Origin: Prochlorococcus sp. AG-355-B18 | GTDB lineage: Bacteria; Cyanobacteriota; Cyanobacteriia; PCC-6307; Cyanobiaceae | NCBI GenBank assembly: GCA_003280965.1 | Contig: QCDI01000006.1 | Coordinates: forward strand, 59,545 to 123,544 | Reading direction: 5' to 3' | DNA: 64,000 bases | In this document: piece after piece, positions 1 through 10,816 of the stretch | Layout: each line of letters opens with the position of its first letter | Numbering within the stretch: the first letter of the stretch is position 1 | Notes under the pieces: generated by a model | Told to the model about the DNA's origin: nothing | Seen by the model: the letters and a program-made list of their open reading frames with translations, nothing else | Database searches by the model: none | Made by a program: the position numbers and the translations under genes

Positions 1-1
1 T

Positions 2-112
2 ACAGAAAACGAAATATTTTTAAAAAAAATTATGCAATATAACAAAGATGATTGTTTTGCTACTTTAAAAATTGCGGAATATTTAATCAAAAATCAATTA
101 AAGAAAAACTGA
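2..112 (+). CDS. 3' end (partial) of a probable TM0106/RecB-family nuclease with RNase H-like C-terminus
   Basis: Frame from nt 2 reads TENEIFLKKIMQYNKDDCFATLKIAEYLIKNQLKKN*; YNxDDCxAT is typical of that family's C-terminus. Confidence 0.6.
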   Translation, partial: TENEIFLKKIMQYNKDDCFATLKIAEYLIKNQLKKN

Positions 113-934
113 TCCTACAGATTTATTTATAATAATTTTTCCAAAAACTTCTGAATAAAAATAACATCCTTCTTCTAAATATTTTCTTTTTATCATTGCT
201 AATCCTTTAAATTGAGCATCTAATTTCAAAATACTAGTGATTTTGCCAACAGAAATTTCTTTTGAAGAATTTATGTATAAATTATTATCTTCAACGTCTA
301 AATTCTCATTAAATTCACATGATTTCCAAATTCTTATTTCTTGTTTTAAAGAAGAAACATTTTTTATTTTTGACATTGTTTCTTGTCCTAAGTAACAACC
401 TTTATTAAAATCTATAAGATCTTTTAATCCAAGTTCGAGAGGATTATTTTTTCCGTTTATTTCCATATCTAAAGAGGGTATTGCCTGATTAATCTTCCAA
501 TTTTTTAAATCATTGGAATTCAGTAAATTTAGTTTATTTTTATATATTTCAAATTCTTTATCTTCTGTTTTGAAGAAAATAGGCTGGTGAATTCTCCATG
601 AACTAGATTCATCAATTTTCTGAATTCTATTTATCAAAAAAGGTTCACTTAAAAGTACATCATCCGCCGGAAAAATAATTTGATTAAAGTAACCAATTAT
701 TTCATGAGTGTTACCTGTCAAAATAATTACTTCTAAGTTTCTTTCTAAAAAATTAATTTCAATTAATGACCTTAGAACTCCATTTGGAGTTAACCAACAA
801 GTTTTGATAACTTTATTTTCTGAATTTAGAATATTACTTGTTGTTATTCCATTCAAAAATTTCCTGGCATCTTTTCCAGTAATAGAAAAACAATCAAATT
901 TTTCATGCCAAAACTTTTTTTTTATATCTTGCAT
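98..934 (-). CDS. ygfZ: Folate-binding protein YgfZ / GcvT-like
   Basis: KGCYLGQE signature; N-terminal G.DARKFLNGITT. Confidence 0.85.
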   Translation of the reverse strand: MQDIKKKFWHEKFDCFSITGKDARKFLNGITTSNILNSENKVIKTCWLTPNGVLRSLIEINFLERNLEVIILTGNTHEIIGYFNQIIFPADDVLLSEPFLINRIQKIDESSSWRIHQPIFFKTEDKEFEIYKNKLNLLNSNDLKNWKINQAIPSLDMEINGKNNPLELGLKDLIDFNKGCYLGQETMSKIKNVSSLKQEIRIWKSCEFNENLDVEDNNLYINSSKEISVGKITSILKLDAQFKGLAMIKRKYLEEGCYFYSEVFGKIIINKSVGSVFL

Positions 935-944
935 TTTGAGATAA

Positions 945-1505
945 TTATAAGAAATCTTTTATTGTAAAAAGACTCTTTAATTTAACATTTTCATTATCAA
1001 GGGCTTCACATCCCCCTTCTTGTCTATCAACTATAGACAAAACTTCCTCAACAACATAATTATTTTCTCGTAACTTTTTTATAGCTTTTATTACTGAACC
1101 TGCAGTTGTAACCACATCCTCTAAGACAGTTACCATAGTTCCTTCTTCTAATATAGGCCCTTCAATTCCAGCTTTGGTGCCGTATTTTTTAATTTCTTTC
1201 CGAATTATTAAACCATTAAGGTCTAGGCCTTGCGAAGCCGCTTTAACGATTAATCCACTTACAAGAGGATCTGCACCTAGTGTCAATCCTGCTACAGCTT
1301 TTGAACTTGAGTCTTTTAACTCTAAAAATAAATCACTTATTAAGTTCAGGCCTTCGCCATTTAATGATACTGGTTTACAGTTCAAGTAATGACTACTTTT
1401 TTTACCTGAAGATAGAGTGAAGTTACCTTTCTTATATGATTTTTCAATTAAATGTTTTAACAATTTTGCTCTATTTGAATCATACTTTTCAGAAAAATTG
1501 CCCAT
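945..1505 (-). CDS. pyrE: Orotate phosphoribosyltransferase
   Basis: [11 protein letters not shown] motif and PRPP-binding [11 protein letters not shown]. Confidence 0.95.
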   Translation of the reverse strand: MGNFSEKYDSNRAKLLKHLIEKSYKKGNFTLSSGKKSSHYLNCKPVSLNGEGLNLISDLFLELKDSSSKAVAGLTLGADPLVSGLIVKAASQGLDLNGLIIRKEIKKYGTKAGIEGPILEEGTMVTVLEDVVTTAGSVIKAIKKLRENNYVVEEVLSIVDRQEGGCEALDNENVKLKSLFTIKDFL

Positions 1506-1646
1506 TAGTAAAAGTTAAATTTATATTTAAAGATTAGAAGAAAAAAAAGAAATCTCACAAAAACTTCCTAATGAGGTGTTTTTTGAAATATTATTTTTAT
1601 ATTGTATATTGAAATTCAATGTAATTAAAATTACAGAAACTCTCTT

Positions 1647-1719
1647 GGGGGTGTAGCAATCTGGTGAATGCACCAAACTCATAATTTGGCTAAGGCGAGT
1701 TCGATCCTCGCCACCCCCA
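1647..1719 (+). tRNA. tRNA with CAT anticodon (probably tRNA-Ile2, lysidine; elongator Met not excluded)
   Basis: Acceptor GGGGGTG/CACCCCC+A, anticodon arm CCAAA-CTCATAA-TTTGG, T-loop GTTCGATC. Confidence 0.9.
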
Positions 1720-1737
1720 TAATTAATTTGTCTTTGA

Positions 1738-3006
1738 ATGAAAATAACTCTACTTTTATTTCTTTTATTTTTCCCAGCTTTTTTCGCTGCTAGTGAACTT
1801 TCTGTTTTATTAATAAGACCAAGTAAAGTTTTGAGGTTAATAGAAGAAAAAAAGAAAGGAGCATTTTCAATTTTAAAAATTCAAAAAAGATTTAGATCCT
1901 CCTTAATAGCTTCTCAATTTGGAGTGACAATTTCATTAATCTCAATTGGATGGCTGAGCAACAGCATGGCCAATGAATTCTGGGAAAAAAATATTTTGCC
2001 AAATAGATTTTTTGATCTTTTATTATTTCTATTTGTGGTAACAATTGTTACGCTTGTATCTGGTCTAATTCCTAAAGCTTTGGTAATTAATAATCCAGAA
2101 TCTGCTGCATTGAGATTAACTTCGATATTTGATGCAGTCAGAAAAGGTATGCAACCTATTGTTTCAATAATCGAATTCTTTGCTAGTGCTTGTTTGGGCT
2201 TATTAAATCTAAATAATAAATGGGACTCTTTAAATTCTGGCTTATCGGCAGGTGAATTAGAAACTCTTATAGAAACAGATAATGTTACAGGTTTAAAGCC
2301 AGATGAAAAGAATATTCTTGAAGGAGTTTTCGCTTTAAAAGATACTCAGGTTAAAGAAGTAATGATTCCAAGATCTGAGATGGTAACTTTGCCAAAGAAT
2401 ATAACTTTTTCAGAACTTATGAAACAAGTCGATAAAACTCGACATGCTCGATTTTTCGTCATTGGAGAGTCTTTAGATGATGTTTTAGGGGTCTTAGATT
2501 TGCGTTATTTAGCTAAACCAATATCTAAGAGCGAAATGGAAGCTAATACATTACTAGAGCCATTTCTGTTACCAGTTACAAAAATAATAGAAACATGCTC
2601 TTTAGCAGAGATATTACCAATAGTTAGAGACTATAATCCCTTCTTACTTGTGGTTGATGAACATGGTGGAACAGAGGGTCTAATAACTGCAGCTGATTTA
2701 AATGGCGAAATCGTTGGAGAAGAAATGCTTAATAACAAAATATACTCGGATATGAAAATGTTAGATAATTTCTCTAAAAAATGGTCCCTAGCAGGAAAAT
2801 CAGAAATAATAGATATCAACAAAAGGTTAGGATGTTCAATTCCAGAAGGAGCTGATTACCATACCCTTGCTGGATTTCTTTTAGAAAAATTTCAAATGGT
2901 TCCAAAAATTGGAGATGTTTTAGGTTTTAATAACATAAAATTTGAGGTTGTTTCTATGTCAGGTCCAAAAATTGATCGTGTAAAAATAATTCTTCCAAAA
3001 AGCTAA
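1738..3006 (+). CDS. Hemolysin/CNNM-CorC family protein (DUF21 + CBS + CorC_HlyC), probable Mg/Co transport
   Basis: FFAASEL N-terminal TM region, VMIPR and VVDEHGGTEGL CBS motifs, YHTLAGFLL CorC domain. Confidence 0.9.
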   Translation: MKITLLLFLLFFPAFFAASELSVLLIRPSKVLRLIEEKKKGAFSILKIQKRFRSSLIASQFGVTISLISIGWLSNSMANEFWEKNILPNRFFDLLLFLFVVTIVTLVSGLIPKALVINNPESAALRLTSIFDAVRKGMQPIVSIIEFFASACLGLLNLNNKWDSLNSGLSAGELETLIETDNVTGLKPDEKNILEGVFALKDTQVKEVMIPRSEMVTLPKNITFSELMKQVDKTRHARFFVIGESLDDVLGVLDLRYLAKPISKSEMEANTLLEPFLLPVTKIIETCSLAEILPIVRDYNPFLLVVDEHGGTEGLITAADLNGEIVGEEMLNNKIYSDMKMLDNFSKKWSLAGKSEIIDINKRLGCSIPEGADYHTLAGFLLEKFQMVPKIGDVLGFNNIKFEVVSMSGPKIDRVKIILPKS

Positions 3007-3056
3007 ATGTGTCTTGTTATAGAGGATAATAATAATAAATATATGTAGTTAAAGTT

Positions 3057-4061
3057 ATGCAACCAACCTCATCACCAGTAAAGGTTGGAGTAATTGGTAT
3101 TGGAAATATGGGCTGGCATCATGCTCGAGTGCTCAGTTTGCTAAGAGATGCTGATCTTGTTGGAGTGGCAGATCCAAATGAAGAGAGAGGCAAATTAGCT
3201 ATTGAGCAATTTCAATGTGAATGGTTTAAAAATTATCAAGACTTAATTCCTAAAGTTGACGCTATCTGTATCGCTGTTCCAACACTACTTCATCAAAAAG
3301 TAGGCCTAGATTGCCTTAAAGGCGGTGCCAACGTTCTCATTGAAAAACCAATAGCCGCTAACGAGTCAGAAGCAAAATCTTTAATAGATGCAGCTAATGC
3401 AAGTAATTGTCTATTACAAGTAGGACATATTGAAAGATTTAATCCTGCTTTTAGGGAATTAAATAAAATAGTACATCATGAAGAAATTGTTGTTTTAGAA
3501 GCAAGAAGACACAGTCCTAATGCCGATAGAGCAAATGACGTATCTGTAGTCATGGATTTGATGATTCATGACATTGATCTTGTTTTAGAACTTGTAAACT
3601 CGAAAATACAAAAATTAGCAGCTGTTGGAGGAAGAAATAACGAAGGCTTAATAGATTATGTCAATGCTACTTTAGTTTTTAAAAATAATGTTATTGCAAG
3701 CTTAACTGCTAGCAAAATGAGTCACAAAAAAATTAGAAGTTTAAGTGCTCACTGCCAAAATGGCCTAGTAGAAACAGATTTCTTAAATCACTCACTACAC
3801 ATCCATCGAAAATCTCATGAATCATACACGGCAGAGCATGGCGAATTAGTTTATAGAAATGATGGATATGTCGAAGAAGTTAGTACTACTTCCATCGAGC
3901 CTCTTTATGCAGAACTGGAACATTTTCTTAAATGTGTTCAAGGTAAAGAGACCCCTGAGGTAGATGGTGAGCAAGCCTCAAGAGCCTTAAAAATTGCTGA
4001 TTTTATAGAAAGTGCTGTAGAAAATTCTGGAGATGCAATTTTGCTTGAAAATCCCTTCTAA
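3057..4061 (+). CDS. Gfo/Idh/MocA family oxidoreductase
   Basis: GIGNMG Rossmann motif, VLIEKP, DLMIHDID. Confidence 0.9.
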   Translation: MQPTSSPVKVGVIGIGNMGWHHARVLSLLRDADLVGVADPNEERGKLAIEQFQCEWFKNYQDLIPKVDAICIAVPTLLHQKVGLDCLKGGANVLIEKPIAANESEAKSLIDAANASNCLLQVGHIERFNPAFRELNKIVHHEEIVVLEARRHSPNADRANDVSVVMDLMIHDIDLVLELVNSKIQKLAAVGGRNNEGLIDYVNATLVFKNNVIASLTASKMSHKKIRSLSAHCQNGLVETDFLNHSLHIHRKSHESYTAEHGELVYRNDGYVEEVSTTSIEPLYAELEHFLKCVQGKETPEVDGEQASRALKIADFIESAVENSGDAILLENPF

Positions 4062-4087
4062 GAAAAATTATCTAAACGGAAAGAATT

Positions 4088-4228
4088 TTATTTAAACCCT
4101 ACTGCAGCTTGCCAAACAAATACCAATAAAAAGAAAAATAAAGGGATAAGAGGAAGAACATCAACAGTTGGAGCAAAAGCCTTGTAAGCTTCAGGCAATT
4201 CAGCGAAAGTATTAAATAGAATGAGCAC
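4088..4228 (-). CDS. psbK: Photosystem II protein K
   Basis: Not in ORF track; GTG start, [46 protein letters not shown]. Confidence 0.95.
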
Positions 4229-4261
4229 CTTTTTAATAATTTAATTAATTATGATAAGACG

Positions 4262-5380
4262 TTACCACGTATGGTGAGCAATAGAGGATGTTTTCCAAGG
4301 AGCGAAATCAATTGTAAAACAATTATCTTTAATTGCATTAGAAATAGCTCTGGTAAATCTTATTAAATGAGCAATATTATGCAAACTTATTAAGGTGAGA
4401 CCTAATATTTCATCATTTCTAATTAGATGATGCAAATACGCACGCGAATAAGACTTGCAGGTTTCGCATGTACAAGTTTTGTCAATCGGAGAAAAGTCAT
4501 TTTTAAATCGAGCATTCCGCAAATTTAATCTTTCATCATTAAAAAATGCAGTTCCATGTCTTCCTAGTCTTGTAGGTAAGACACAGTCAAATATATCGAA
4601 TCCTTTAGAAACAGCTAGAGAAATTTCTTTTAAAGAGCCAATTCCCATTAAATATTTTGGTTTATCTATTGGTAGGAATTTCGGGACGTAATTAATTACA
4701 CTATGTATTTCTTCGACAGCCTCTCCAACACTTACCCCGCCCACGGCAATTCCAGGCAGATCAAAAGAGCTTGTAAATTTTGCGCTGTATTCTCTTAATC
4801 TCGGATACTTGCCACCTTGAACTATTCCAAATAATGCTTGATTTGATTTCTGATGCTTGTCAACACATTTTTGCAACCACGAATGAGTTCTTTGTAAAGA
4901 ATCTTCAATATCATTTTCGTTGGCTGTATGCGGAGGACAATGATCAAAAGCCATCGCAACATCAGAGCCAAGATCCATTTGTACCTGCATTACTTTTTCA
5001 GGCGATAGGAATACAAAACTCCCATCTCTTGGATTTTTAAATTCCACACCTTGATCAGAAATATTATTTAATTTGGCCAAACTAAAAACTTGATATCCTC
5101 CTGAATCAGTAAGAATAGGCTTAGGCCAATTCATGAACTTATGTATTCCACCAGATTCTTTAACTAATTTTTCTCCAGGTTGTAGATGAAGATGAAATGT
5201 ATTTGAGAGAATCATTTCTGATCCTGTAGAGATTAATTGGTTAGATGAAATTCCTTTAACCGTTGCCAAAGTACCCACAGGCATAAATCTTGGGGTGTTT
5301 ACCTTACCGTTTGGGGTATAAAATACACCAGTTCTTGCCTCTGTGTGACTGCAATTCGATGTAATTTCAAATTTAAACAC
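4262..5380 (-). CDS. tgt: tRNA-guanine transglycosylase
   Basis: [27 protein letters not shown], CxCxxC zinc site. Confidence 0.97.
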   Translation of the reverse strand: MFKFEITSNCSHTEARTGVFYTPNGKVNTPRFMPVGTLATVKGISSNQLISTGSEMILSNTFHLHLQPGEKLVKESGGIHKFMNWPKPILTDSGGYQVFSLAKLNNISDQGVEFKNPRDGSFVFLSPEKVMQVQMDLGSDVAMAFDHCPPHTANENDIEDSLQRTHSWLQKCVDKHQKSNQALFGIVQGGKYPRLREYSAKFTSSFDLPGIAVGGVSVGEAVEEIHSVINYVPKFLPIDKPKYLMGIGSLKEISLAVSKGFDIFDCVLPTRLGRHGTAFFNDERLNLRNARFKNDFSPIDKTCTCETCKSYSRAYLHHLIRNDEILGLTLISLHNIAHLIRFTRAISNAIKDNCFTIDFAPWKTSSIAHHTW

Positions 5381-5477
5381 GATAAATTTTAAAATTTTTG
5401 ATGCTTTTTTATTAATCTAACCTATTATTTAATATCGAATCTATTTTTATCTCATCAAAAAATATTTAATTAAAAAT

Positions 5478-6218
5478 TTGGCAGGGTCTTGGATTTTCTA
5501 TACGACATTTCCAAAGATACCCTTAATTAATCCAGAATTTAAAAATATTGCACAATTTGCCCCACTTTTGGGATTTTTTATTGGAACAATACAGAGTATT
5601 ATTTTTATTTTTTTAAAAACAAGTTCTTGGTCAATTTATGCATCTGCATTAATTTGTTTGGCTTCAGGATATTTAATTACCGGTGGTCTACATCTAGATG
5701 GTTTAATGGATACTTTCGATGGTATTTTTGCGGGCAAAAAGAAACGTTTAAAAGCTATGAAAGACAGTAATGTTGGGTCCTTTGGCGTTCAATCTCTAGT
5801 TTTTATAACTTTAATTCAAATTGGTTGCATACTCAAAATTCAGAATCAAATAATTATTGTTTTGCCAATATGCTTATTTTGGGGAAGATTTTCAAATTTA
5901 TTTTTTATAGAAAAGTTTAAATATTTGAGTTATAAGAAAAAATCTATTAGTCATAAAAAGTTTTGGAATGGATTTAAAAAAGAATCTTTGATCTCCATTA
6001 TTTTTCTTTGCATTTTTATTGCATACCAATTATTTTCAATTACTTCACAAGCAATATTAATTAAATTTTTAATTCTTATTTTGATTGGTATTTTTTTAAG
6101 TTATTCTATCCCAAACATACTAGGGAATATAATTGGTGGCTTCAATGGAGATTCCTGTGGTGCGAGTATTGTATTAGTAGAAACTGCGATGTTATTCATG
6201 TATGCAATTCTTTTGTAG
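5478..6218 (+). CDS. cobS: Adenosylcobinamide-GDP ribazoletransferase (cobalamin synthase)
   Basis: TGGLHLDGLMDTFDG, MKDSNVGSFG, GGFNGD motifs; multi-TM. Confidence 0.93.
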   Translation: MAGSWIFYTTFPKIPLINPEFKNIAQFAPLLGFFIGTIQSIIFIFLKTSSWSIYASALICLASGYLITGGLHLDGLMDTFDGIFAGKKKRLKAMKDSNVGSFGVQSLVFITLIQIGCILKIQNQIIIVLPICLFWGRFSNLFFIEKFKYLSYKKKSISHKKFWNGFKKESLISIIFLCIFIAYQLFSITSQAILIKFLILILIGIFLSYSIPNILGNIIGGFNGDSCGASIVLVETAMLFMYAILL

Positions 6219-7332
6219 GAAGTTCTAAATAGAAAATATTTTTCTTCTTAAGATGGTTTAACTCCTCATTATGGTCAGTTGAGTAATTTCCTAACAATTT
6301 CAAGTCCCCCCCAATTTGTTTTGCTAATTTTCTTGCTAAAAAAAGTCCCACACCAGTACCGTCCTTTTTCTTAGCAGCAGATCCTCTAAAACCTTTTTGA
6401 AAAATTTTCTCATTTTCATTTTTGGTTATTTTTTTCCCATCATCAAATATGCAAAGACCTTTACTTGTCATTGTGATCCCAATTTCAGCATCTTTTTGAG
6501 CATATTTAAAAGCATTTTCTAATAAATTGGCCACTATTTCAGCGATTACAGCATATTTTGCATTTACTGGCGATAAAGTCCAATCTGGCCAAAGAGAAGG
6601 TTCTACCCAATCTCTATTTTCTAATTTCGCATTAGCTTTACCCCTTTCTAGAATTGGCCTCAATAAACTCTGAACAGTTATTTCTTTAGTGTTATCTAAA
6701 TTTGGGGGTAATAATAATCTTTCTTCTCCAATGTCCAAAGGAAGTTGAATAGGTGAATTTAACTTTGCAAAAGAGTCCATGTATTGATTAATTTGTTTTT
6801 GCTCTATTATCATGCGTTGGACTATTTCAATAGAGTCAACATCTGAACCAAGTTTTTTAATAAGTAATTTTGCATATGTCCTTAGTGCAGCTAATGGGTT
6901 CCTTAATTGATGAATTATGACATTAACCTGATTTTTTAAAAAATTAATTTCTTTATTTTTATTTTTACGTTCTAATTCGATAGAAACGCATTTAGCTAAA
7001 GATATTGAAAGTGCTTTTAATCTAGAATCAAGAGATACTGGCCAATTACCCCCTTTTAAATCAGTTTCTACCCTGAGGACACCAAGTAGAATATCGTTTT
7101 CTTGGAGAGGGTACCATCTTCTATTTGGAGAAGAAACTTTCAGTGAGGGGTCATCTTCAATTGAAATTAGTAGCTTATCAATTTGCGGCCATTGACCAAT
7201 CATTTCAAAAGATGCTTTAGTTCCTTGTTTAGCTGAAGCAAGATACATCACTAAATGAGTCACTCCCATTGAACAACCAAAACTCTCCAGTTGTTTTTTG
7301 ACTAATTCTTCAAAATTTTTAGAGAGGTTCAT
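6196..7332 (-). CDS. Sensor histidine kinase, Hik2/CSK-like
   Basis: H-box HQLRNPLAALRT, N-box NLLENAFKY, G-box GTGVGL. Confidence 0.85.
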   Translation of the reverse strand: MNLSKNFEELVKKQLESFGCSMGVTHLVMYLASAKQGTKASFEMIGQWPQIDKLLISIEDDPSLKVSSPNRRWYPLQENDILLGVLRVETDLKGGNWPVSLDSRLKALSISLAKCVSIELERKNKNKEINFLKNQVNVIIHQLRNPLAALRTYAKLLIKKLGSDVDSIEIVQRMIIEQKQINQYMDSFAKLNSPIQLPLDIGEERLLLPPNLDNTKEITVQSLLRPILERGKANAKLENRDWVEPSLWPDWTLSPVNAKYAVIAEIVANLLENAFKYAQKDAEIGITMTSKGLCIFDDGKKITKNENEKIFQKGFRGSAAKKKDGTGVGLFLARKLAKQIGGDLKLLGNYSTDHNEELNHLKKKNIFYLELPTKELHT

Positions 7333-7582
7333 AGTGAATGAAATTTTGAATAATTTTTAAAAAAAATTGAAAAAGGGCTTGTAAAATATGAAAAAAGTAT
7401 TAAGATATAAAAAGAGGTCTGACTTTAGCCAGCCTTAAATATGAACATTTGATCATATTTTAAGCTACATCAGGGGTTGATGGGTCCTCTATGTATTTTG
7501 AAGTGAATTCAAAGATCATAGATATAAGATTAGTAAAAATAAATAAGACTAATCTAATTAATAATTTCAGGAGTACCAAGCA

Positions 7583-7951
7583 ATGTCAAAAAAAAGAAAA
7601 AGAATCAGCAGAAGAAGATTGGCTGGTCAAAGAGTCATGGCTCATGTACCTATTTATCATATCGAAACAGGCAACCATAAACCAGTGACTGCTGCAAGAA
7701 GATTCATAGCTGAAAATGCATTATCTGCCCCTTCAGTTTTCAATGTTAGAAGAAATGAACATACAACTGATAGATTTTTTTGGGGTGAAAAAGGTTTATT
7801 TAGCGCCCAATACGCTGAAGAAAATCATTTTTTGTTCCCATCATTAAAGGTAGTAGTTGAAGGCATTGGAGAAGAGAAAATATTTGAAGGTCTAGAACTT
7901 ACTGCAGATGATTGGGAAGAAATTGAAGAATACGAATATGCTTTCGTTTAA
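7583..7951 (+). CDS. Conserved cyanobacterial protein (DUF3155-like)
   Basis: Basic N-terminus KKRKRISRRRLAGQRVMAHVP, acidic C-terminus DDWEEIEEYEYAFV; AGGAG upstream. Confidence 0.75.
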   Translation: MSKKRKRISRRRLAGQRVMAHVPIYHIETGNHKPVTAARRFIAENALSAPSVFNVRRNEHTTDRFFWGEKGLFSAQYAEENHFLFPSLKVVVEGIGEEKIFEGLELTADDWEEIEEYEYAFV

Positions 7952-8565
7952 AAAATACTGCTTATCTTTGTACTTATAAAATCAATTAAATTTGAATCGA
8001 TTTGATGGAATCCATCAAATTCTATTAATTCACATAATTTAGAAGACTTGCATTTAACTTGTTTATAAATACTCCTAGAAGCCTCTATAGGTACTACATC
8101 ATCAAATAAGCCATGGCTAATAATCAGTGGTGGGCATTTTTCTCCTAGAGCCCAGGATGGATGAGGGTAGCCACTACAAGCAACAATTAATCCTAAATTT
8201 AGTCTAAAGCCTGCATCAATTGCCATTGCTGCTCCCTGAGAGAAACCTAACAAAATTGTTTTTTTGAGTGAAATTTGATCAGTATCAAAATTTTTTAATG
8301 TAGCTAGAAGTTTGTTTACCTCTCCCTCAGCCCCATTCCAATCATGAGGATACAATCCATACCACTGTCTTCCCTCACCACTTGGATGTAATCCTGGGGC
8401 CCTCAAGGAAATTACCTCAAAATCAAAATCTATTTTTTCAGTAATCTCCTTTCCGAGTGTTAAGAGGTCATCTGCATCAGCTCCCCAACCATGTATCAAA
8501 ATAATTCTATGAGTTGCAGTTTGAGAGCTAATCGAGACATATTCATGATTGATATTGTGTTTCAT
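7948..8565 (-). CDS. Alpha/beta hydrolase (phospholipase/carboxylesterase)
   Basis: HGWG, GFSQG nucleophile elbow, HG..D.VVP, GFH. Confidence 0.9.
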   Translation of the reverse strand: MKHNINHEYVSISSQTATHRIILIHGWGADADDLLTLGKEITEKIDFDFEVISLRAPGLHPSGEGRQWYGLYPHDWNGAEGEVNKLLATLKNFDTDQISLKKTILLGFSQGAAMAIDAGFRLNLGLIVACSGYPHPSWALGEKCPPLIISHGLFDDVVPIEASRSIYKQVKCKSSKLCELIEFDGFHQIDSNLIDFISTKISSIF

Positions 8566-8598
8566 GTTTATATTCTTAAGTAAGCAAACTTTCCCATA

Positions 8599-10152
8599 AT
8601 GTCACCATTAGCCTTAGTAAGTGTCTCAGATAAAAAAAATATAATCCAATTTTGTAAAGAATTGGTAGAAAAATTTAATTATAAAATTCTATCAAGTGGT
8701 GGAACTGCCAACCATCTTATAGAGGCAAAAATTCCAGTTGTTAAAGTTTCAGATTTTACTAATTCTCCAGAAATCCTTGGAGGAAGAGTTAAAACTTTGC
8801 ATCCGAAAATCCACGGAGGAATATTAGCTAAAAGAACTGATAATGAACATAAAAAAGACATAGTAGAAAACCATCTTGAACTAATTGACTTAGTAGTTGT
8901 AAATTTATATCCTTTTAAGAAAACTATTGAAAAGGGATCTAAGTGGGAAGATGCGATTGAAAATATAGATATCGGAGGGCCATCAATGATTCGTTCTGCA
9001 GCTAAAAATCACAAAGACGTTTCAGTTTTAGTAGACCCTAGTCAATATCAAGAATTTCTCGAAGAAAGTAAAAAAGGGGGATTAAATGAATCATATAAAG
9101 CAAAATTAGCCTTTGAAGCTTTTCAACATACAGCTGACTATGACACTGCAATATCAAATTGGATAAGTAAAGAGAAAAGTTTACAATCTTCCAAATATAT
9201 TAAATCTTATCCTCTGATTAAGACCTTAAGATATGGGGAAAATCCTCATCAAAAAGCTTTTTGGTATGGTTTAAATAAGATTGGATGGAACGCAGCAGAA
9301 CAATTACAAGGTAAAGAATTGAGTTATAACAATCTATTGGATCTTGAGTCAGCTCTTTCAACAGTTTTAGAATTTGGCTATGACCAGAAAGATGATATCT
9401 TAACAAATAAATTTGCCTCTATAATTCTAAAACACAATAATCCTTGTGGTGCCTCTATAAGTAATTCAGCCTCTCAAGCATTTTTGAATGCTTTGGAATG
9501 TGACTCAGTTAGTGCATTTGGAGGAATAGTCGCTTTTAATTCTAATGTAGATAGTGAAACGGCAATTAACCTTAAAGATATTTTCTTAGAGTGTGTTGTT
9601 GCTCCATCCTTTGATGAAGAAGCTTTAGAAATTTTAAAAATCAAAAAGAATTTAAGAATTTTAAAATTATCAAAAGATGCACTTCAAAAAAAGAACCAAA
9701 ATTCTAATAAATCAATAATGGGAGGATTACTTGTTCAAGAAAATGATGATAGTGAAGATAAAACTGAAAGTTGGATTTCAGTAACTAAAAAGAATCCCAG
9801 TAATAAGATGAATTTAGATCTAAATTTTGCATGGAAAATTTGTAAACACGTAAAATCAAATGCAATTGTGATTGCAAAAGACCAAAAAACTATTGGAATT
9901 GGAGCTGGACAAATGAATAGAGTTGGGGCGGCAAAAATAGCATTGACAGCAGCTAAAGAATCATGTTCTGAAGCCGTTTTAGCAAGCGATGGGTTTTTCC
10001 CATTTGCTGATACCGTAGAACTTGCAAATCAGTATGGAATAAAAGCAATTATCCAACCTGGAGGTAGTTTGAGGGACCAAGAAAGTATTGATATGTGTAA
10101 TTCGAAAGGAATATCAATGGTGTTTACGCAAAAAAGACATTTTTTGCATTAA
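8599..10152 (+). CDS. purH: Bifunctional AICAR transformylase/IMP cyclohydrolase
   Basis: ALVSVSDK, GRVKTLHP, LRYGENPHQ, ASDGFFPF, RHFLH. Confidence 0.97.
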   Translation: MSPLALVSVSDKKNIIQFCKELVEKFNYKILSSGGTANHLIEAKIPVVKVSDFTNSPEILGGRVKTLHPKIHGGILAKRTDNEHKKDIVENHLELIDLVVVNLYPFKKTIEKGSKWEDAIENIDIGGPSMIRSAAKNHKDVSVLVDPSQYQEFLEESKKGGLNESYKAKLAFEAFQHTADYDTAISNWISKEKSLQSSKYIKSYPLIKTLRYGENPHQKAFWYGLNKIGWNAAEQLQGKELSYNNLLDLESALSTVLEFGYDQKDDILTNKFASIILKHNNPCGASISNSASQAFLNALECDSVSAFGGIVAFNSNVDSETAINLKDIFLECVVAPSFDEEALEILKIKKNLRILKLSKDALQKKNQNSNKSIMGGLLVQENDDSEDKTESWISVTKKNPSNKMNLDLNFAWKICKHVKSNAIVIAKDQKTIGIGAGQMNRVGAAKIALTAAKESCSEAVLASDGFFPFADTVELANQYGIKAIIQPGGSLRDQESIDMCNSKGISMVFTQKRHFLH

Positions 10153-10153
10153 G

Positions 10154-10714
10154 TTAGGTTGATTTTGGATAATATGTAATCTTGTTGGTCTTTCTAAATA
10201 AAGAGAGTCTGCCTGGGCCTGCACATAGAAAGTAAAGAGAAATAGCCCCATATATAAAAGACAATTCGAAAGCATAATTGTGACTCTCAACCACTGCAAG
10301 TGGAAAACCTTCTAATCCAGTATCTAAGAGATGAAAATAAACAGCAAATGCCATTGTGGAGAATAGCCCTAGAGAAGAAAGCCTAGCAAAAATCCCTAAA
10401 GCCAATCCTACTGGGCAAACTAATTGAGTGATAGCTGCTCCAAAAGTCCAAATAACAGGGTCACCCGGCAAAAAAGGAAAATACTTACCAACTACAAACT
10501 CAGCAAAACCTTGTGGATCCTGAAGTTTCTCTAGGCCATGGTGAATCATCAAAGCACAAAACCCAATTCTTAAAATAAAAATTGATAATTCTCCAAGGAT
10601 ATTTACTTCTGACCCTGAAGATGAATTGGCAACAACAACTTCAACTTTTTGGGGAGCTTTAGTTCTATTCATACTGGCTGTTTGAGCCTGATTAGCCTGA
10701 GTTTTGTCTTCCAT
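10154..10714 (-). CDS. DoxX family membrane protein
   Basis: LRIGF..MIHHGLEK and GPGRLSL motifs. Confidence 0.85.
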   Translation of the reverse strand: MEDKTQANQAQTASMNRTKAPQKVEVVVANSSSGSEVNILGELSIFILRIGFCALMIHHGLEKLQDPQGFAEFVVGKYFPFLPGDPVIWTFGAAITQLVCPVGLALGIFARLSSLGLFSTMAFAVYFHLLDTGLEGFPLAVVESHNYAFELSFIYGAISLYFLCAGPGRLSLFRKTNKITYYPKST

Positions 10715-10816
10715 ACTTCATAAATTTTCCATTATTCTAGTAAATAAGAAGATCTTTAGGAAATATCTGAGTAATAAATTAAAAAAACTAAGCAAAGTTT
10801 TCAATGCTAGTCAAAT

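Noticed and set aside
7491..7688. 65-aa ORF overlapping the DUF3155 gene start
   Set aside because: Alternate frame over a better gene that has an AGGAG site; no motif
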